From positions 682,001 to 746,000 of the forward strand of contig CAJFCJ010000011.1 in assembly GCA_904063045.1 (NCBI GenBank): a stretch of 64,000 bases of DNA, written 5' to 3'. Below, in pieces: positions 36,101-48,322 of the stretch. Each line of letters starts with the position of its first letter. Position 1 is the stretch's first letter. The position numbers and the translations under genes were made by a program. This DNA is from Dimorphilus gyrociliatus (Eukaryota > Animalia > Annelida). Under the pieces are notes generated by a model. It saw nothing but the letters and a program-made list of their open reading frames with translations, did not search any database and was not told where the DNA came from.

Positions 36101-37729
36101 ACATTGTTCCACCTTAAATTAGATTATTAATTGAATCACCGTTTGGGGAATGTTTACACGCATGCTTTTAATTAATTAAAAACTCTGGGATACTCAAGAT
36201 CTGTTTTTTAGACACTCATCATTTATCTTAAAATATCAGACGATTATTTTATCTCTGACGCATGTTCTAACAGCCTTGTTGCTAACTTTTAACAATTTAT
36301 CTAATTCTGAGATTATAATATTTCTGCTTTTTAAGTTAATCATGCAATATATCGAAGCATAAAATTGCTTGGGAGAAATATTTGCTAATTATAATATTTC
36401 AATATTTCAATCAAAGACGTCCATGAACAATCATTCTTTCCTTTTATATGATCATAGTATAAAGTCATTTAATTTGCCAATTTTGTATCTTTTCAGGAGG
36501 AAGAAAGGACTACTTTCGCGGTATCTTGCTTTACTCAGTTTAGGGTCTTATTTATCCGAACCTTTATGTCTATTATCCGTGATACTGTAAGTTATCTCTC
36601 TAAAAATAATCAAATTAACGATAGTTGTTTTTAAAGACACTTACAAGATTGAGATTGGTCTCTCACATAATAACCGGTTTCATGATTGGTTTATTGTATT
36701 ATAATATTGGTAATAGTTCTTTTGTTAAGATTTAAAGACAGATCCTTTAATTAAATACTTTTACCAGGTAATGAATCTGATAAAGCTTTCAACAATGCTG
36801 CTTTCCTCTTTTTTTCCCTGTTGTTTGTTATGTTTACCGCTTTGATGCCAACTGTAATGACATGTAAGGCTTTAAATCAATATTTATAATAAAAGATTAA
36901 AATTCGACTATATTAATTTCAGTTCCAATGGAAATGGCAGTATTTCTACGTGAGCATTTAAATTACTGGTATAGTTTGAAGGCTTACTATATGGCTAAGA
37001 CTATGGCTGATATGCCATTTCAGGTGACCAAATTGCTAACGCCCAACTTACTATAAGTCTAACAGATTTTCAATAAACAGATTGTCTTTCCCTTAATATA
37101 CGGTTCTATAGTGTATTGGTTCACGAATCAGCCAGCATCTGCTCTTCGGTTTTTGATGTTTCTAACACTATCTACTCAAACAGCACTTGTTGCTCAGTCT
37201 CTCGGCCTACTAATCAGCGCTGGCACTCCCTTACAAGTGGCTGTCTTCCTTGGTCCTGTTACTTCCATACCAATTTTGCTTTTCTCTGGCTTTTTCGTTA
37301 ATCTTGACACTATTCCCTCTTACATGCAGTGGATAACGTATCTATCTTATGTCAGATATGCCTTCGAAGGCGCCATTCAAGCAATCTACGGCTTCAATAG
37401 AGAGAAATTGCAGTGTGATCAGGTTAGGGCAGCAGAAGAAGCGAAGAAAGCATCTGATAGTATGCAAAGTGTATCAAACATGAATAAAATAATGAAAAGT
37501 CATATTGAAAAAGCAGCAGTTGAACAGGTTTGAAGCTCTTCTAATTGTTGATTTACTAAAGAATTATATTTTTCAGTTCTGTCGTCTTCAAAATCCAGAG
37601 AAAGTGTTGGAATCTTTTGATATGGAGAATGCAAAAGTATGGATAGACTTTTTAGTTTTGTGCGTGTTTTTCGTAATTTTGAGAATACTATGCTACTTTG
37701 TGCTGCGGTGGCGAGTAAGGCAGAGATAA
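33147..37729 (+). CDS. ABCG1/4: ABC transporter subfamily G (ABCG1/ABCG4-like half transporter), multi-exon
   Basis: Walker [10 protein letters not shown], signature [25 protein letters not shown], and an ABC2 membrane domain ([32 protein letters not shown]). Confidence 0.93.
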
Positions 37730-38342
37730 ACTTTTTATATGTATATGCACTGATTTATTTACGTGTACTCTTTTCTGCGTGCGATTGCCATAATGTGTTT
37801 TGCTCATAATATTCTGTCTTATCGCATGTTTCGAAATTCAACGCACGTATCAATGCAATTATTTTATATTCAATTACGAAGCTTCTTGCTAATAGAAGGA
37901 GCCAAAAGTAAAAAATTCTGATTATTGTATGTTCATATTGTCTATGCTATCTTTGTGGTGAAATTTCATTAATTATTGTTAATCTTAAAATTGCAATTAT
38001 TTTGGTAGAATGCAAATCTACAATCTTTTGTTGTACAGAACTTATATACACAATGAAATAGTTTTTAAATTATTTCTTGAATAAAATTCAATATTATAAA
38101 AATCTTCTATCGTCGAAGTGATACATCATGTATTGTACAGCAACTCGTGAATATTTCTATAAAGTCATTGATAAGTATGACTTCGTATAAAAAATTTGGA
38201 TTCAATTGATTTAGTTTTTTCGGCGACAAATAAAACCATGTAATGTCTTTTCTTTACAAGATGTCGAAAAACATAACTGTAATGCTGTTCTTATAACAGA
38301 CGCATAACAAAGATATCACATGACCATTGGTCATGTGACAAA

Positions 38343-39944
38343 ATGAAACTTTTTAGCCAATATATCGCTCTAATACTTCTCTTGTATTTTTGTATGTATT
38401 TTCTTACATTATCATACTTTAATCGAACGAGTTATATTAATTTACCAAAGATAAAAATGAAACCAAAGATCCTTTTCGCGAAATTGATGATTATAAAGCG
38501 ACTGCTCAAAAAATAATTGATTTTACTGTAAAAGGAAAAGGCAAAGGACAAGTATGGAATAGATTAGCAGAATTTACTGATAAGTTTGGTCCAAGGTTGG
38601 CTGGATCAAAAGCTCTTGAAAATTCTATTGATTATGTTCTTGAAAAGATGGCTAGTGAAGGCTTAGAGAACGTTCATGGCGAGAAAGCTATAATTCCACA
38701 TTGGGTCAGAGGAAATGAATCTTGTGAGCTTATTAAACCAAGACGTCATAAAATTTCTATTTTAGGATTGGGCTACAGCGTTGGAACTACCAGAGACGGT
38801 ATTATAGCTGAGGCCATAGTTGTTAAATCGTTTGATGAATTAAAGAAGAGGAGAAACGAAATTAAGGGGAAGATTGTCATTTATAATCAACCTTTTGTTA
38901 GCTATAGTGAAACAGTCATTTACAGAACAAATGGAGCATCTATGGCATCTAAATATGGTGCTGTTGCGTCTCTTATTAGAAGTGTCACTCCTTTCTCTAT
39001 TAATAGTCCTCATACTGGAATGCAAACTTACTTAAAAGGGGTAAATCCTATACCAACAGCTTGTATAACAGTAGAAGATGCTGAAATGCTTAACAGAATG
39101 AGTGACAGAAAGGAAAAAATTGTTATAAAATTAAAAATGGATGCTCGAAAATATAAAGATGCTGAATCAAGAAACACAATAGCTGAAATTAAAGGAACAA
39201 AATATCCAAACCAAATTGTACTAATTTCAGGACATTTAGATAGCTGGGATGTTGGTCAGGGGGCAATGGATGACGGAGGAGGTGCTTTCATTTCATGGCA
39301 AGCTCTATCAATAATTAAATCTTTAGGCTTGAAACCAAAACGAACCATTCGAGCTGTTTTGTGGACAGCAGAAGAATTCGGGATGATTGGATCAAGCCAA
39401 TATTTTAATAATCACAAGGTACGTAATATTTTAAACTCTTTTCAATATCTGACCTCTGCAACTATTTTAGCATCAAGCAAATAACTTCAGTCTTGTCATG
39501 GAATCAGATATTGGAACATTCCGACCTTTGGGTTTAAAATTTACAGGATCAAAAAAATCCAAGAAAATAATGCGAAAAATTATTAGCCTATTGTCATCCA
39601 TAAATGCTACCAAGTTACAGGTATAATACAAGTTTCTATATTATCTTACTATCTTAAGAAGTATTATTATAGGAAAATGCTGATGGAGGTGACGTAAATT
39701 TCTGGATAAAAGCAGGTGTCCCAGGTGGCAGCTTATTGAACGAAAATTCAAAGTATTTTTATTTTCATCACACAAACGGTAATATTAGCTAATTTGTATA
39801 CTGTCCTTTACTTATTTCATAATTAACTGTATAGGCGATACCATGACAGTACAAAATTCGGACGAAATGGATAGATGTGCAGCAGTTTGGACAGTAGTTG
39901 CTTATGTTGTTGCCAGCCTGGATGAAATACTTCCGAGGGAATGA
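38343..39944 (+). CDS. CPQ: Carboxypeptidase Q (PGCP, M28 peptidase with PA domain), multi-exon
   Basis: Signal-peptide-like N-terminus, RLAEFTDKFGPRLAGS, PHWVRG, RSVTPFSINSPHTG, GHLDSWDVGQGAMDDGGG, WTAEEFG, YFYFHHTN/GDTMTV. Confidence 0.95.
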
Positions 39945-40333
39945 TTAAAATTAGATTGTCTTATTTTTACGGTCACTATTAATAAATCTTATCGTATTCT
40001 AAATTAATGAACCTAATTCATGTAATCAAGTTCTTTTTAGTTATTATATTACTTAAATTAAATAGTGTATTATGATGAAATTGATGCCTTCAAGAGCTTT
40101 TTCCTTGGTAATGCATGAAAATAGGTGCTGTTTATAGTAATTACGGAAGTTTTAATTTTAGCATACTGAGGTACTAATAGGTAGATGAGCTTTCTCAAAA
40201 GACTTTATTTTTCATCCATTAATCAGAAAGGTCATAACACTTACAACTATACCATATTTGAATTATGGCTTAACATAAAATAATATTTAAGAAATGCCAA
40301 TTAAATAAAACCAGTGGCTTAATGGCTAACATG

Positions 40334-40658
40334 CTATTGTTTAACTCGTGGGCTTGACATGCTAAGGAGATAGTCCACTGATGGGCACTCATCCCACCAA
40401 GCAGGATTAATATATCTTGGGGCTCCTTTAACTGCACAAATAGAATTTGCGCATATCAACAATTCATATTTCTGAAAATATTAATGAAACCAAAAAGACT
40501 AAACAATGGATCAAATATAAAATACAAACCTCATAGCATTTTTCACAAAAAAACAAACATTTATGAAAAGGATCGATGTCTTCCAGTCGGAAAGCCATCG
40601 CATAACAACCAATCCCACAGAAAAGAAGAAGAAGGGAGAGAAGAAATCGTTGCTTCAT
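40334..40658 (-). CDS. Secreted six-cysteine peptide precursor, eclosion-hormone-like, 2 exons, 88 aa
   Basis: Exons 40658-40530 and 40471-40334 (58-bp phase-0 intron) give MKQRFLLSLLLLFCGIGCYA-MAFRLEDIDPFHKCLFFCEKCYE/KYELLICANSICAVKGAPRYINPAWWDECPSVDYLLSMSSPRVKQ*. Hydrophobic signal peptide plus six mature Cys. The gene itself is well supported; the EH assignment is tentative. Confidence 0.65.
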
Positions 40659-40981
40659 ATTAATGGTACGCTGAACAACGAGCGAATGCCACTAAACGAG
40701 CTTCCAACCAGCCTTTGAAGGAGTTGGTGTATTTAGATAAGTAGTTGGCTGCGTGATTTAATTAAGGTTTGTTTAGAATATTTCAATTTTCGAGGCTGGT
40801 TCATCAATTTTCCATGATGATATAAAGATAACCTTTCTACTGGAGGGAACTCCTCCTGACTTTAAAATATCAGTTCATATTTTCGCGCTTTCTTTTAATG
40901 TCAAGGTTACTCCTAAATCGGGTAAACTGTTATAGCTTTCTGATGATCAGATCGTTTATAAATATTCTTGACCGCGTTGCT

Positions 40982-41428
40982 ATGTCGGCTGGAAACGACT
41001 ACAAGAAAGATAAGCTGCAAATATCTGAGAATGAACAAAACATAAAACAAAATGATCTTCCTAAAGGTTGGATAATAAAACGCTGCAAACGAAGAAATAA
41101 ATGGAAAAAAGCATATTTTGCATTTAGTCAGGATGAACTCATATACGGACAGTCAGAAGAGGTTCGTTTGTTTTAAACAAAAGGCCTATTTCTCTTATGA
41201 TTTCTTTCGCAGGCTCTGGTCAAGAATGTTCCCTTAAAAAATGCTCAAATAAAAGAATGTACAAAAGACGATAAAGAAAATGTTCTAAGCATTGAAACAA
41301 ATTCAAGAACTTTTTATTTAAGTTTTGACAGCGAGGAAATTAGGGACGAATGGTTACAAGCTTTATTTACCATTAAAGTCATTGCATGTAAACGTTTGGA
41401 TAATTCCCAAGCTTGTATTATTCAATAA
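40982..41428 (+). CDS. Small PH-domain-only protein ending in a CaaX box (CIIQ), 2 exons, 131 aa
   Basis: Exons 40982-41161 and 41213-41428 (51-bp intron): KGWIIKRCKRRNKWKKAYFAF...ELIYG...RTFYLSFDSEEIRDEWLQAL is a PH fold; the protein ends ...ACKRLDNSQACIIQ*. Confidence 0.8.
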
Positions 41429-41444
41429 TTTAGATATAAAAGAA

Positions 41445-44400
41445 TCATATCTCAAAGTTAAAGACAGCGATTTTTCCACTTTGCCTACCACCTTGATTGC
41501 TAGTAGGCATGCCAACGATCAGTTGTTTTTGTCCTCGTCCGACTACTGTTATAGCTTTTGAGAATCGAGACTTGTCCTCTCCTCCGCTGAGTATAAAGTC
41601 AGCCTGTAAATATGAATAGATTCATTGACAATTATGTTGAGGATTTACAGAAATACGTTTTCTTTTAAACAAGGACTATCAATATAGTCGTCGCAATCCT
41701 GAGTAAAATTACCAATCGGAAAAGATGAGCCTCCGAGGAAGATATATATTCTTCCTTCATCGACTGTAAAATAGTACTTTTATAATCCCATAAAAGATAT
41801 GTAAAAGTGACTTCACACCTCCTTCTATAAAATCATAGTCATCGCTACGCAAATGAGACGAAATAATCAAGTCGGATTTTTCATCATTATTAATATCTTC
41901 CATCTTTAACAATTAATAAATAATAAATACTTGTAGGTGAAATATACCATACCAGAAGTGTGTGACCATGCCTGCTAATTTCTCTATCTCCAGAGATAGT
42001 TGTGTGAACTTCCATGTCACTCGCATTGTATATGTCAATTTTGCCCGCTTGAATAAAAGTCTCCGGCAAATCGTCAATTTTACCTTCAATAGCTTTATTA
42101 AAAATAAATAAATACAATCTGAATGGCGAAAAATTATTCATTTTATGAATAGCAATCTATACTGTATAAACGTTTATAAAATAAAGTATTAGGATTAATA
42201 CGTACTTGACAACGGTGATGCAACTGCCAAAAATGAGTTTGATTGGTTAATATATGGATTTCCCAAAGCAATATCTCGGCCCAGCATGTTAAATTTTTGT
42301 GTTCCATTTATTATTTGTCTTGGCCCCGCTGAAGATAAGGGACATTCAAATATTGTCAATCTACCAACTGATTCAATATCTTCAGGGTCAAATTCGCAGT
42401 TTTCCCTATGAAACAAAAAATATTTAAATGTCAAAAAAAATTAAGTTATCTAACTGTGAGCAAATTCTCCATGTTGGAGACGGTATTAGTAGTAGAGTTG
42501 ATTCACCATGCTTCTCTACTTTCACACCTTCGCCAAACCACTCATAATCCTAATTGAACTAATATGTAAAAATGTTTTTATTGAAGATTATTTAACCTGA
42601 TTTCCTCGTACACTCCATAAAGAATTTCTTATATCAAAAGAATCTGTTTGATAATTCGTGTGGTTTTTTCAATTTCTTTGCAAAGTCGAAAATGTATCAA
42701 ATAAGTTACCTAATTTTTCCTTCGCCAATGCTTTGTTTGACAAAACTGCAGATACAAACCCCCTTTGCTCCCCTCCAGCTGGAGCTCTTGGCGAACCAAT
42801 AATTAAATCATCAAAATCATCGCCGTCTACATCACCTGCCGCAAGATATTCTCCCATATTGCAATATTTTTCCTACTTATATGTTTTGAATATAATATAA
42901 TTGAAGCGGAAAAAGTGAGACACATACGTTACATTTAAGAGTTATATCAGGTATTTCAGATATCGCACTGTCAGTACCCAAGAATATATAAACTTCACCC
43001 TAAGATTCACAAATAGTTTAAAATATACTTGATAATTTAGATTTCACTATCCAACCTGATATTGTATAGCTCCCAATCCAACAGATGGCGCACTAACTGC
43101 AAGATCATTTTTACCGTCCGCATTTAAGTCAACAATAGCAACTCCCTTTCCAAATCTACCATTTTCCTTAAGTGAATAAAAATATTCTAAAAATTAAATA
43201 GTTTCATCGTCAAAAATGTGTTTATCTAATTTACTTGAGATCCCGTTAAAGTAACATTAGCGATATTGTCTATGTCAATAGTTTTATGAACAATTCCGCT
43301 TCTACTGCCGTACAAAATGTAAACCCGCCCGACTTGATAGTTTCCTTTGAGACTAAATTCAGGAGCTGTAATCACTAAATCTTGAAACCCATCGTTGTTT
43401 AAATCTCCTTTCACGATATTGCTATAATTTTATATTATAAGTATATTTTTTCAAACAAAATTGTTCGCTAACCTTCCTAATTTTGAGTACAAATTATTCG
43501 TGGTAAGAAAAAAGTTGGGCTTAATCACGCTAGCATCTTTCTGCTTTGATGACCTAGTTTTTACCTGAGCTTTTTCCTTGTTAGCTTTTTTTACGAGTTT
43601 CTATATGAAAAAAGTTAAATAAATTTAACATTAAGAAATATTTTAAATAAAATAACCTGAAGGTTTGGTGACAAGTGAAAATAAGTTCCTCGCTCACTCT
43701 CCTCTCTATGAATATCATTTCGATATTTTTGAACAAAGTGCTTAATAAATTTTGATTCAAGAATAGGAACATCTCTGAATTTTTGTGTATCTTTTACAGT
43801 GCTCATTTCAGACAATTTTCCGTCAATATCCGGACAACGCATGTGTATGGGATTGTCTTTTTCGGGCGTTATTTCGCATTTACTGTGGGTATAAACTTCT
43901 ATATATTTTTGGTACAAGGCTAGGACTTTCAATTTACTCTGTCCCTTGTTCCATCATATGTTGGGCCCGTTTCCATGTTTGAGTCACCCAAGCAGCCATG
44001 TCGTCTAATCCTCCCAGGAAAAAACTGCTCATTTCATCGACTAAAAACGGACTGGCCTCCGCATATTCTGGATAAAGCTGTGAAAAATGAAAATGTACTA
44101 AGCAAAACTCTCATTTTTAAAGAAAAAGCAACCATGAGAATAAATCTTGCTTATATCGATGAATGTCTTACCACTTCAATTGCTCCAATATGCTCACCTA
44201 ATCTTCCCAAGAAAAGTAATTCAGCACAATCAGAAATTACGGTTGAGTTTACTTTTTTGTAGCCATAAAACTCTTCGTAAACTCTTTCCATGTCTTTGTC
44301 TGGAACGTACCTGTTTGATTTTATAGTGAAAAATTCAGTAGAAAAAATAGCTGATTAGAAAATTAGGTCACCATTGATCAGTTGGATCAATATAGGATGT

Positions 44401-45122
44401 GTCTAAATTATAAACGTTGACGACATCTCCGCCAAAATCAGCATCTGAGTGAGCTGGCCCATATTGATTGTGATAGTTAACCTATAAGTAATTTATTAAT
44501 TAATTTAATTATTCCAGAAAACAAACTTGACCTACTTTACTCATTGTTCTTATAAACCCTTGTGTAATTCCCAAGCTGTGCCAATTAACGTCAGCTATTT
44601 GATGTTGAAATATTCCTAGTATGAAAGAAAGAAATTTTTCTGTGTCCTTTTGGAAAAATACTTTTAAAACCTTAATTATTTAGTGATTTTCTGACATTTA
44701 CGTACGTTTGTCCATGGTTGGGGTAAATTCCTCAAGAAATTTATCGTTGCATTCATTATTGGAGTCCAATGAGTATCCTCTGCAATAGAGTGAAACATAC
44801 CATCATAGCAGAGTCCTGGATACATAGCATCCGGGAAAGGGCACCCTGCTTGAAAGGCGTCGTCATGCTTTTCTATTATCTGATATAAAATCGTCATTTG
44901 GTTTTGCTCTCTATGATATATAAATTAATTCCTACCTCTTTAAAGTCTAACCCATTTATAGACAAATCAATGTATTCCTTTGCTCGATAACCTATGACAT
45001 ATGTTGAAAAATTGCCTCATTTATTTATTTTACTTACCAGTCTCTATATGAGTGGTTATGCCACACATTTGGGATACTCCTAAGAAGGTGGAAAAAAGTA
45101 AGATTATGTTGTGAATATTCAT
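41445..45122 (-). CDS. GPLD1: GPI-specific phospholipase D (Zn-dependent PLC-like N-domain + FG-GAP repeats), multi-exon
   Basis: Signal peptide then CGITTHIET, DAFQAGCPFPDAMY, AEDTHWTP, LGGLDDMAAW, and repeated GDLNNDGFQDLVITAP / GDVDGDDFDDLIIGSP FG-GAP motifs. An alternative in-frame ATG lies at 45134. Confidence 0.92.
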
Positions 45123-47410
45123 TCTGATTCGCATTAGCAGTCAAATAATTAAAAGATTCATGAGTATATTTATAGTACAGTTATTTATGACGTAATATAA
45201 AATATGCCGTTTCACAACATGAGATAAGAGACGGAGAGTAAAAATAGAATCTTAAGCAAGAAAAAAGAAGAATACGCATATTTTTTGTTTAAGTACTTAC
45301 ATACGTATATAAAGTTTTCAAAGAGCCAATTACGAGAGTTTGTTGATTTTACTCGATTCGTTGTTTGCCTTTGATCGAAACTTTCTTGAGCGAAATCAGA
45401 AAAAATTCTGGCGAAGATTTATGCGGCATTTGGCAGCAATACGTAAACACGTTTCTGTAGGGTACATACGATGACAAACTAGCCAACTTGTCAGACCACT
45501 GTTTGGCACAATATGGGTAGAATGACAAATGAGGGAAAGGAATGTAACAGGTGCCATTCTATCCATTTTATACATGTGTCATTACAGTTGTTGCTGTCCA
45601 TCACTTAGCAAGATTCCACGTGCAAGCAGACGGAAAACTACAATCTATATTTAGAGAATATATGGAAACGTTTAATTGAAAGAAGATAGAGTTTGTATGC
45701 GTTTAGCGAATGTCTGGAATTGAGCGATGAGCGTGTCTGTGTGTTTGGCCGGCGCATTGTGTCAACAAACTCGAGTAGCGATCACACGTACACAGCTGTT
45801 TCAAATACTGGCCATTCAAAACAATTTTCAAAGGTTGAAGTGAAAATACTGCTGTCAAAACAAAACAGTTAATGTTTATTAAATGTATCACAAGAGATTA
45901 ATCAGAAAATATAATTAAGTATAAACGAGGAAGTTTCCCCTTCAACGATCTTCGTGCTCTATCTTTCTACCCTCAGGCCGAGAGGTAACTGATATCTGTT
46001 GGGTTATCGTCGACCGCAAACAGTCATAGTAACTTACTCAAAGTTAAGGTTAATTGCCTCTGATATACTTCAATATGCGATAACAGGAGAGATAGTACTT
46101 TTGGTCCATATATCATGGTCTATATATCATTCTATGAGTAATCTGATGGATATTCTTCTTCTACAGATTTTCGTACCAATGAAATAAGTTAATGAACAAT
46201 TAAAAATAGCGAAAAAAGGCAATTTGTAGAGCAATAAAAACTTTCAAAGATATAATTTAAATATTCACCAAATGAGCAATGTTCTGTTTGATATTAGCCT
46301 ATTTTTACTTGTTATTCTGACAAGTCATCTTCCAATATCTTCCTGATATTTATATACAAGCTATAGTTAGTAATATGACTGAGAGAATGTGGCAGTCAAG
46401 CGCAAATGACTGATAGCTCAAGGTGGTGCTCATGGTTCGCATATCTGATAAACCTGTCTGACAATGTGAAATTGGTGGTGTACACTAGTTAAAACCTAAA
46501 ATTATCGTTTTCTTACCAGTTATTAAATATTGAGGTACAAAATGTTCTAATTTCGTTTTTAAGACTCAAAGATAATTACCCAAAAGGGTGTTGCTTGCAA
46601 AACTCTAACCGGGGCCAAAACTAAGTCACGTGATATATTCTACCCAATCACTTATTAGAGAATAGCATGATTGACGGGCTTTCCGAAAGACGCAAACTTT
46701 TAGCTGGTTTGGTAGAATTGAAGAAAATAAGAGAGTGGTTTATACAACAAACTTTTCTGCGGCAAAAGAATCGGATATTAATTGGATTGTAGACTTTAAT
46801 TCTACCGATTATGATGTTTTCGACTGCTGACATCCTATCGGCAATGGGTGGGTAAAGTTATAAAGAAAAATATCAAAATAATTAAAATATTAAAATATTT
46901 AATTTAATGATAAATTGTCAAAGATACTAGAACATAATACAACTAAAATTTTTGTAATTTACATTAAGCAGAGGTTTCATTATTCTTTAGAAATGTTAAT
47001 TCTCTGATGTGCCGAAACTGTATAAGATCTACTCCTTAACAATATTTGCTGTCTTACATATTGAGTTAAACAAGAATAATTCAATATAACATATTAAATA
47101 ATTTGTGGAAATATGCAAATGATACAACTTCAGAAAAAACTCTTGTCTAATATTAGTTATATGTTTATTGTAAATGAAACACAACATAATATTTCTTCAT
47201 ATCCATAACTCATCAGATATGAAAGAGTTTAATAAGTAACGTTTAAGTTCTGTTGGTGAAGAAAAAAATCAACACATGAAGTTTGAAAAAGTTAGAAAGG
47301 CACTTGCGATTAACTGTAAACTTGCACGTGCTCTACGCCAAACAAAAGCAAACAAGCGGTCACACAAAGACTCCACTGTTTACTCATAAATTTACTCGTT
47401 TGCAGATCAT

Positions 47411-48016
47411 ATGGGCGTATCGAACAATACAAGCTACGGCGAAGTTAATCAATTGGGAGGAGTTTTCGTCAACGGTAGACCTCTTCCGAATGCAGTGCGA
47501 ATGAGAATAATCGAACTTGCTCAATTAGGAGTTCGACCATGCGATATATCAAGGCAACTCAAGGTGTCTCATGGATGTGTCAGTAAGATACTTCAAAGAT
47601 ACAAAGAGACAGGCTCTGTATTACCGGGAACGATAGGTGGGTCAAAACCTCGCGTTACAACACCAAAAGTTGTTCAAAGAATTAAAACTTATAAACAAAG
47701 AGATCCTGGTATATTTGCTTGGGAAATTCGAGATAAACTCCTCTCGGATGGTGTTTGTGATAAACACAATGTTCCGAGTGTGTCTTCAATATCTCGCATA
47801 CTCAGAAACAAAATGAGTGAAGATCATCGACAACCTATGTCTCAAGCTGTTCCTCAACATGGCGTTTCTACTATTTATAATAATACCGTACCCTGTTGGT
47901 CAACACCATTTTCAACTCACGCTAACATTCAAACTCCACCATATTATTATCATCATCAAACAACCCAGCCTCATTTTAGCAGTGTATATGGTAATATTTT
48001 AAATAACTCAAATTGA
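47411..48016 (+). CDS. Pax1/9: Pax1/9 (Pox meso) paired-box transcription factor
   Basis: Complete paired domain [53 protein letters not shown]...[13 protein letters not shown]...[15 protein letters not shown], no homeodomain. The 3' end is uncertain. Confidence 0.92.
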   Translation: MGVSNNTSYGEVNQLGGVFVNGRPLPNAVRMRIIELAQLGVRPCDISRQLKVSHGCVSKILQRYKETGSVLPGTIGGSKPRVTTPKVVQRIKTYKQRDPGIFAWEIRDKLLSDGVCDKHNVPSVSSISRILRNKMSEDHRQPMSQAVPQHGVSTIYNNTVPCWSTPFSTHANIQTPPYYYHHQTTQPHFSSVYGNILNNSN

Positions 48017-48322
48017 TAAGCTCATTAATCAACTTTATATAATCAATTTATTAATAGGAGTCTTGTTTTTACTCAAAAGTATGTTCTATTTGTATGATCT
48101 ATGTTTACACATAGACTACACAAGTCAACTAACTGTTAATAATCAATAAAATATTTTCTTATATCATATTTCATATATCAAAGAAGTTCACAATTTAATA
48201 AGAAGGTTGACAAAGTAATTAATTTATTTTTCGTTTGTGTTTGAAAGAATAACTTAAAGGTGTCGAATTGAAAACTATTTAATATTTAAAATATGCGAAA
48301 GAGTATGTTAAAAAATATAACA

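Noticed and set aside
43615-43932. 105-aa ORF that looked like a gene nested in GPLD1
   Set aside because: It is a GPLD1 exon read through its flanking introns (GTD/KCEITPEKDNPIHMRC aligns with the GPLD1 linker).
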